In this document: piece by piece, positions 58,594 to 64,000 of the stretch
Numbering within the stretch: the first letter of the stretch is position 1
Layout of the letters: every line of letters begins with the position of its first letter
NCBI GenBank assembly: GCA_963741945.1
Contig: CAVUKA010000005.1
Span: forward strand, 448,001 to 512,000
Length of the DNA: 64,000 bases
DNA from: an uncultured Gemmatimonadales bacterium
Lineage (GTDB): Bacteria; Gemmatimonadota; Gemmatimonadetes; Longimicrobiales; RSA9
Reading direction: 5' to 3'
Notes under the pieces: generated by a model
Databases searched by the model: none
The model's input: only the letters and a program-made list of their open reading frames with translations
Told to the model about the DNA's origin: nothing
Position numbers and translations under genes: made by a program

Positions 58594-58636
58594 AAAAACA
58601 GGAGGGCCCCGGCGCCGTGCGTCGGGGCCCTTCTCT
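58594..58636. terminator. Terminator hairpin, U-tract on the - strand (after hup)
   Basis: AAAAACAGGAGGGCCCCGGCG...CGTCGGGGCCCTTCT. Confidence 0.7.
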
Positions 58637-58659
58637 CGGGTCGCCGCTCTCGTGAGCGC

Positions 58660-58947
58660 TTACTTCTTGACCGCGTCCTTGAGCGCCTTGCCGGGCCGGA
58701 ACGATGGGCTCGTCGTCGGGCCGATCTTGATCTCCTTGCCCGTGCGGGGGTTCCGACCAGTGCGGGCCTTGCGCTTCCGCGTCTCGAACGTGCCGAAGCC
58801 CGTGATCTGGACCCGATCACCCTTCTTCAGCGTCTTGGTGACGATGCCGTCCTTCGTGTTGAACAGCGCATCGATCGCGCGCTGAGCATCCGCCTTCGTC
58901 ATGTCGGTCTTGCTCGCCAGCGCCTGTACCAGCTCGGACTTGTTCAT
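58660..58947 (-). CDS. hup: HU family DNA-binding protein
   Basis: MNKSEL, ITGFGTF, RKARTGRNPRTG, FRPGKALKD. Confidence 0.96.
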   Translation of the reverse strand: MNKSELVQALASKTDMTKADAQRAIDALFNTKDGIVTKTLKKGDRVQITGFGTFETRKRKARTGRNPRTGKEIKIGPTTSPSFRPGKALKDAVKK

Positions 58948-59134
58948 GGATTCTCCTACACGTGGTGGTCAGTGAGTTCGCGCTGCGGTCCGCCCCGAGG
59001 CGGACCACCCTCCGGCCGCGACCCGAGGCCGGCGAAGGGCTCGCTCTCGACAAGCAGGCGGCGCCGTGAACTTGCCGGATCCAGGCGACGACGCCACGTT
59101 TTTCCCGCAACTGCCCTGGCCGAAAGGCTCCGAT

Positions 59135-59163
59135 ACAGTAGGACCGGCTCCGGAGCGCGTCAA
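59135..59163 (-). promoter_or_regulatory. sigma70 promoter of hup
   Basis: TTGACG (59163-59158)-N17-TACTGT (59140-59135). Confidence 0.6.
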
Positions 59164-59233
59164 GGGAAAAGTCCGCGGAAAGCCGCATAAAACCGCGATG
59201 ACCGTGATTCCGCACCCCGAGCGCCGATTTCCC

Positions 59234-59950
59234 ATGGCCCCGAAACGACAGCCATCCGACCGAGACGGCGCCGAGCTTCCGGCGGAAGTGAGGGAGCGGG
59301 AGCTGACCGTCGCCCGCGAGATCGCCGAAGCGCTGCTCACCGCGTCCTCGCCCCTGGAGGTGTACCGCAGAGCGCTGGCCCGGGTCACGCCCGTGGTCGG
59401 CGCGAGCTTCGCCTCCGTCTTCCTGCGGGACGAGGAGGACCCGCGCCTTCTGCGCCTGGCATGCGCGCAGAACTGGCCGCAGCAGTCAGCCTTCTACCTG
59501 GGTGAGATGCGCATTCGGGAAGGTCGAGGCCCCACGGGTCGCGCCGTGAGCCGGGGCCAGGCGGTGGAAGTGACGGACGTCTTCGCCGACCGCAGCCTGA
59601 AGGAATGGTGGGAGCCGGCCAGGGAGCTGGGCTTCGTCTCCATGATCTCGCTGCCGCTCATGGTCGACGGAAGAGCCTTTGGCGCGGTGAGCTTCTACTT
59701 CAGTGAGCGCCGGTCGTTCGACGACCCGGAGCGCGCGCTGCTCGCGGTCGTCGCCCACCAGCTGGCCGCGACGGCAGACCGGGCGAGCGTCATGGCGCGG
59801 GCGGGGTCCAGCGCGCGACTGAACCGGGTCGATGACGCGCTGCTGAAGAGGATCTCGGAAGCGGAGGCCGCGCTGGAGCGCGCCCGGGCCGCGTCCAGGG
59901 AGGAGAGGATCAGGACGAGCCGCCCCGGGCCAGCGGAGGGATCGAGCTGA
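59234..59950 (+). CDS. Stand-alone GAF-domain protein
   Basis: GRGPTGRAV, VTDVFAD, SMISLPL..GAVSFY, F...ERALL; helical tail. Confidence 0.85.
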   Translation: MAPKRQPSDRDGAELPAEVRERELTVAREIAEALLTASSPLEVYRRALARVTPVVGASFASVFLRDEEDPRLLRLACAQNWPQQSAFYLGEMRIREGRGPTGRAVSRGQAVEVTDVFADRSLKEWWEPARELGFVSMISLPLMVDGRAFGAVSFYFSERRSFDDPERALLAVVAHQLAATADRASVMARAGSSARLNRVDDALLKRISEAEAALERARAASREERIRTSRPGPAEGSS

Positions 59951-59984
59951 ACGGTGCCGAAACGCGCCGTTTGCGGCGAAGCCG

Positions 59985-60298
59985 GATCCCTGTCCCGGCG
60001 CCGTCCGCGCACGGCTGCACCTTCGCGCGCGACCCCCGCCGGAGCAGCGGACTCCGTGGCCACAGGGGAGCCGCCGTCCGCCGCCGGACGGCGGCGAGCG
60101 CGCCAGCCGGACGCGGCTTCTCCCCTGACGCGGAAAGCGGCTTCTTCATTCCTGGCCTGTCGGTGGATTCTATGGAACGCCAACGGTACTGCAGTGAGGC
60201 CGAGCGTCCGCCGGTCTGGCAGTCCGCCGCCGCACAGGCGCACGCCCCGCTTCGGAGATCGGGGCATCGGGACGCCGGTGTGCACGGACCGATACGGA
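59985..60298 (-). ncRNA. Candidate structured ncRNA (RNA B), family not recognised
   Basis: Own promoter, 5'/3' end pairing and several 8-10 bp helices in a ~390-nt gap between convergent genes. Confidence 0.55.
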
Positions 60299-60303
60299 CG
60301 ACA

Positions 60304-60332
60304 ATGATAGCCGCCCGGCCATTGCCGTGCAA
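60304..60332 (-). promoter_or_regulatory. sigma70 promoter of RNA B
   Basis: TTGCAC (60332-60327)-N17-TATCAT (60309-60304). Confidence 0.65.
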
Positions 60333-60344
60333 ACCCGTGGTCGC

Positions 60345-62216
60345 TCAGGCTTTCGGGGCCCGCATCTCCCGCGGCCGCGTCATGGTTTCGGGCGACAGGA
60401 TCCGGTCCAGCTCCTCCCGCCCCAGCCACTCCTTTTCCAGCACCAGCTCCGTCACCCCGCGCCCGGTCTCCAGCGCCTCGCGGGCCACCGCGGTGGCCCG
60501 CTCGTAGCCGATGTAGGGGACGAGGGCGGTCACAACCCCGATGCTGTGCTCGAGCAGCTCGCGGATCCGCTCCCGCTCCGCCTGGATCCCCACCACCGCG
60601 CGCTCCCGCAGGACGATGCAGGCCTGCGTCAGCATGTCCACGGACTGGAAGAGGTTGAACGCGATCACCGGCTCGAACACGTTCAGCTGGAGCTGTCCCG
60701 CCTCCGCGGCCATGGTGACGGTCAGGTCGTTCCCCACCACCTGGAAGCACACCTGGTTGACGACTTCCGGGATCACGGGATTGACCTTCCCCGGCATGAT
60801 GCTCGACCCCGGCTGCATGGCCGGGAGACGGATCTCGCCGAGGCCCGCGCGCGGGCCGCTCGAGAGCAGGCGGAGATCATTGCAGATCTTCGACAGCTTC
60901 ACGGCCAGGCGCTTCAGCGTGCCCGAGAGGTGGACGAACGAACCGGTGTCCTGCGTGGCCTCCACGAGGTCGGGACTCGTGATCAGGTCGAGCCCCGTGG
61001 CGGACGACAGCGCCGCCCGCACCTTCTCCGCGTAGCCCGGGTCCGTGTTGATGCCCGTCCCGATGGCCGTCGCGCCCATGTTGATCTCCCGGATCAGCGA
61101 CGCGGCCGTGCGCAGCCGTTCGATCTCCTCGCCCAGCGTGATGCCGAACGCCTTGAACTCCTGGCCCAGCGTCATCGGCACGGCGTCCTGCAGCTGGGTC
61201 CGGCCCATCTTCACGATGTCGGCGAACTCATCGGCCTTGGCCAGGAACGCGTCCCGCAGTGATGCCACCGCCTGCTCCAGGTCCGCCAGCGACCAGATCG
61301 CCGCGATCTTCAGCGCAGTCGGGTAGGCGTCGTTCGTGGACTGCGACAGGTTGACGTGATTGTTCGGGTGGACCACGTCGTACTCCCCGCGCTTCCGGCC
61401 CAGCAGCTCCAGCGCGCGGTTCGCGATGACCTCGTTCGCGTTCATGTTCGTGGACGTCCCCGCTCCCCCCTGGATCACGTCCACCACGAACTCCCCGTGG
61501 AGCTTCCCGGCCCGGATCTCCCTGCACGCGTCGATGACGGCGCCGGCCACGTCGTCGTCCAGCAGCCCCAGCTCCCGGTTCGCCGCCGCCGCCGCTTCCT
61601 TCACCGCCGCCAGCGCGTTCACGAGTTGCGGATACTGGGAGATCGCTATGCCCGTGATCGGGAAGTTCTCCACCGCCCGCAGTGTCTGGAGCCCGTAGTA
61701 ATGCCGGTCCGGGACATCGCGCTCCCCGAGCAGGTCGTGCTCGCGCCGGGCGGCACCGGACAGGTACACCGCCTCTCCCCCCGCCACTCGCCCGGGCGAG
61801 GCGACCCGCGACGCGATCAGCTGCACGGCGCCGGCGACCAGTCGGGAATAGAGGTCCGGCTTCTCCCGCGCGATCCGGCCGATGGCGTCGCGCGGGATCT
61901 CGAACGCTTCCAGGGGCTCGCGGACGTAGGCGGACGCCGAGTGCGGGTAGTCGTCCAGCAGGCTCCCCTCGCCGAACGAGTCGCCCGGCCCCAGGATCGC
62001 CAGCACCGTGGGGCGCCCCCGGTGCCCCGTCCGCAGCTCCAGGGCCCCCTTCACGATCAGCCCGAACGCCTGGCGAGGCTGGCTCTCGTGGAAGACATAG
62101 GCGCCCGGCAGGTACCCGATCACCCGGCCAAGGGAGAAGACGTACTCCCGCTCATCCGCGCGAAGTGCGCGGGTGAGCGGGTGGCTGCGCAGGATCGTCA
62201 GCAGTTTGGTATCCAT
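60345..62216 (-). CDS. aspA: Aspartate ammonia-lyase with N-terminal cyclic-nucleotide-binding domain
   Basis: YYGLQTLRAVENF, QGGAGTSTNMNANE, GRTQLQDA, GSSIMPGKVNP; N-terminal FGEGSLL..PHSASA cNMP fold. Confidence 0.93.
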   Translation of the reverse strand: MDTKLLTILRSHPLTRALRADEREYVFSLGRVIGYLPGAYVFHESQPRQAFGLIVKGALELRTGHRGRPTVLAILGPGDSFGEGSLLDDYPHSASAYVREPLEAFEIPRDAIGRIAREKPDLYSRLVAGAVQLIASRVASPGRVAGGEAVYLSGAARREHDLLGERDVPDRHYYGLQTLRAVENFPITGIAISQYPQLVNALAAVKEAAAAANRELGLLDDDVAGAVIDACREIRAGKLHGEFVVDVIQGGAGTSTNMNANEVIANRALELLGRKRGEYDVVHPNNHVNLSQSTNDAYPTALKIAAIWSLADLEQAVASLRDAFLAKADEFADIVKMGRTQLQDAVPMTLGQEFKAFGITLGEEIERLRTAASLIREINMGATAIGTGINTDPGYAEKVRAALSSATGLDLITSPDLVEATQDTGSFVHLSGTLKRLAVKLSKICNDLRLLSSGPRAGLGEIRLPAMQPGSSIMPGKVNPVIPEVVNQVCFQVVGNDLTVTMAAEAGQLQLNVFEPVIAFNLFQSVDMLTQACIVLRERAVVGIQAERERIRELLEHSIGVVTALVPYIGYERATAVAREALETGRGVTELVLEKEWLGREELDRILSPETMTRPREMRAPKA

Positions 62217-62535
62217 GGTTCCCCGGCACGGGCGGACCCGTGCACCCAGCGAAACGGCTCGCCTCCACGGCGAGCCGCATGCGAGATCATGACTCACGGG
62301 CCGCGTCCCTCCGCGGGCCCGATATGGCGGTCCCGGCACCGAATGGCCGGGCCGGCCAACAAGCTAGAAGCCCGGCAACGCGGCTACAAGTGGCAGGAGG
62401 GGCGGCGCATGTGCGTCGCGTGAATTGCCATCACGGATGGAAACACGGCCGGAGGTGCGCGTGTACGCGTGCTGGTCGAATGCGTCCTCAGCCGTTACGT
62501 TCGGACGCTTCCAAACCCAGAATCAGCGGATTGCT

Positions 62536-64000
<1,465 letters not shown>

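Noticed and set aside
59138-59154. GTAGGACCGGCTCCGGA as another regulon box
   Set aside because: Right half-site is poor and the left half is explained by the hup -10 element
59910-60507. ORFs 59910-60332 (-), 59954-60307 (+) and 59971-60507 (+)
   Set aside because: Low-complexity translations, no RBS, overlap with neighbouring genes

Overview
High-GC (roughly 70% by eye), gene-dense bacterial chromosomal window. Gene content and style suggest Gemmatimonadota, but this is an inference. About 55 CDS are supportable. They include serine and NAD biosynthesis (class-V aminotransferase, serA, nadC, nadA), a caa3-type cytochrome c oxidase operon, thyX, udk, hutU, a PPi-type PFK, lon, a ClpP2-like subunit, Hsp20 and mutY. 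Also present are HU, an octaheme HAO-like cytochrome module, a GMC/TPP enzyme cluster, a TonB-dependent receptor, a degenerate DEAD-box protein, a cNMP-domain/aspartase fusion and a 3'-truncated POT peptide transporter that is absent from the ORF track. No rRNA, tRNA, CRISPR array or transposase was seen. The most interesting signals are non-coding. (1) Two ~280-330 nt intergenic regions between convergent genes (about 14097-14377 on +, 59985-60298 on -) each have their own sigma70-like promoter and extensive base pairing, so they are candidate unannotated structured RNAs, and they may share motifs. (2) A 17-bp GTAGG-N7-CCTAC-type palindrome recurs upstream of the oxidase, SURF1, the octaheme cytochrome, the USP gene and the first candidate RNA, suggesting a redox/O2 regulon. 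(3) hsp20 and lon share a sigma54-type promoter motif. All functional calls come from visual motif recognition; no database searches were run.
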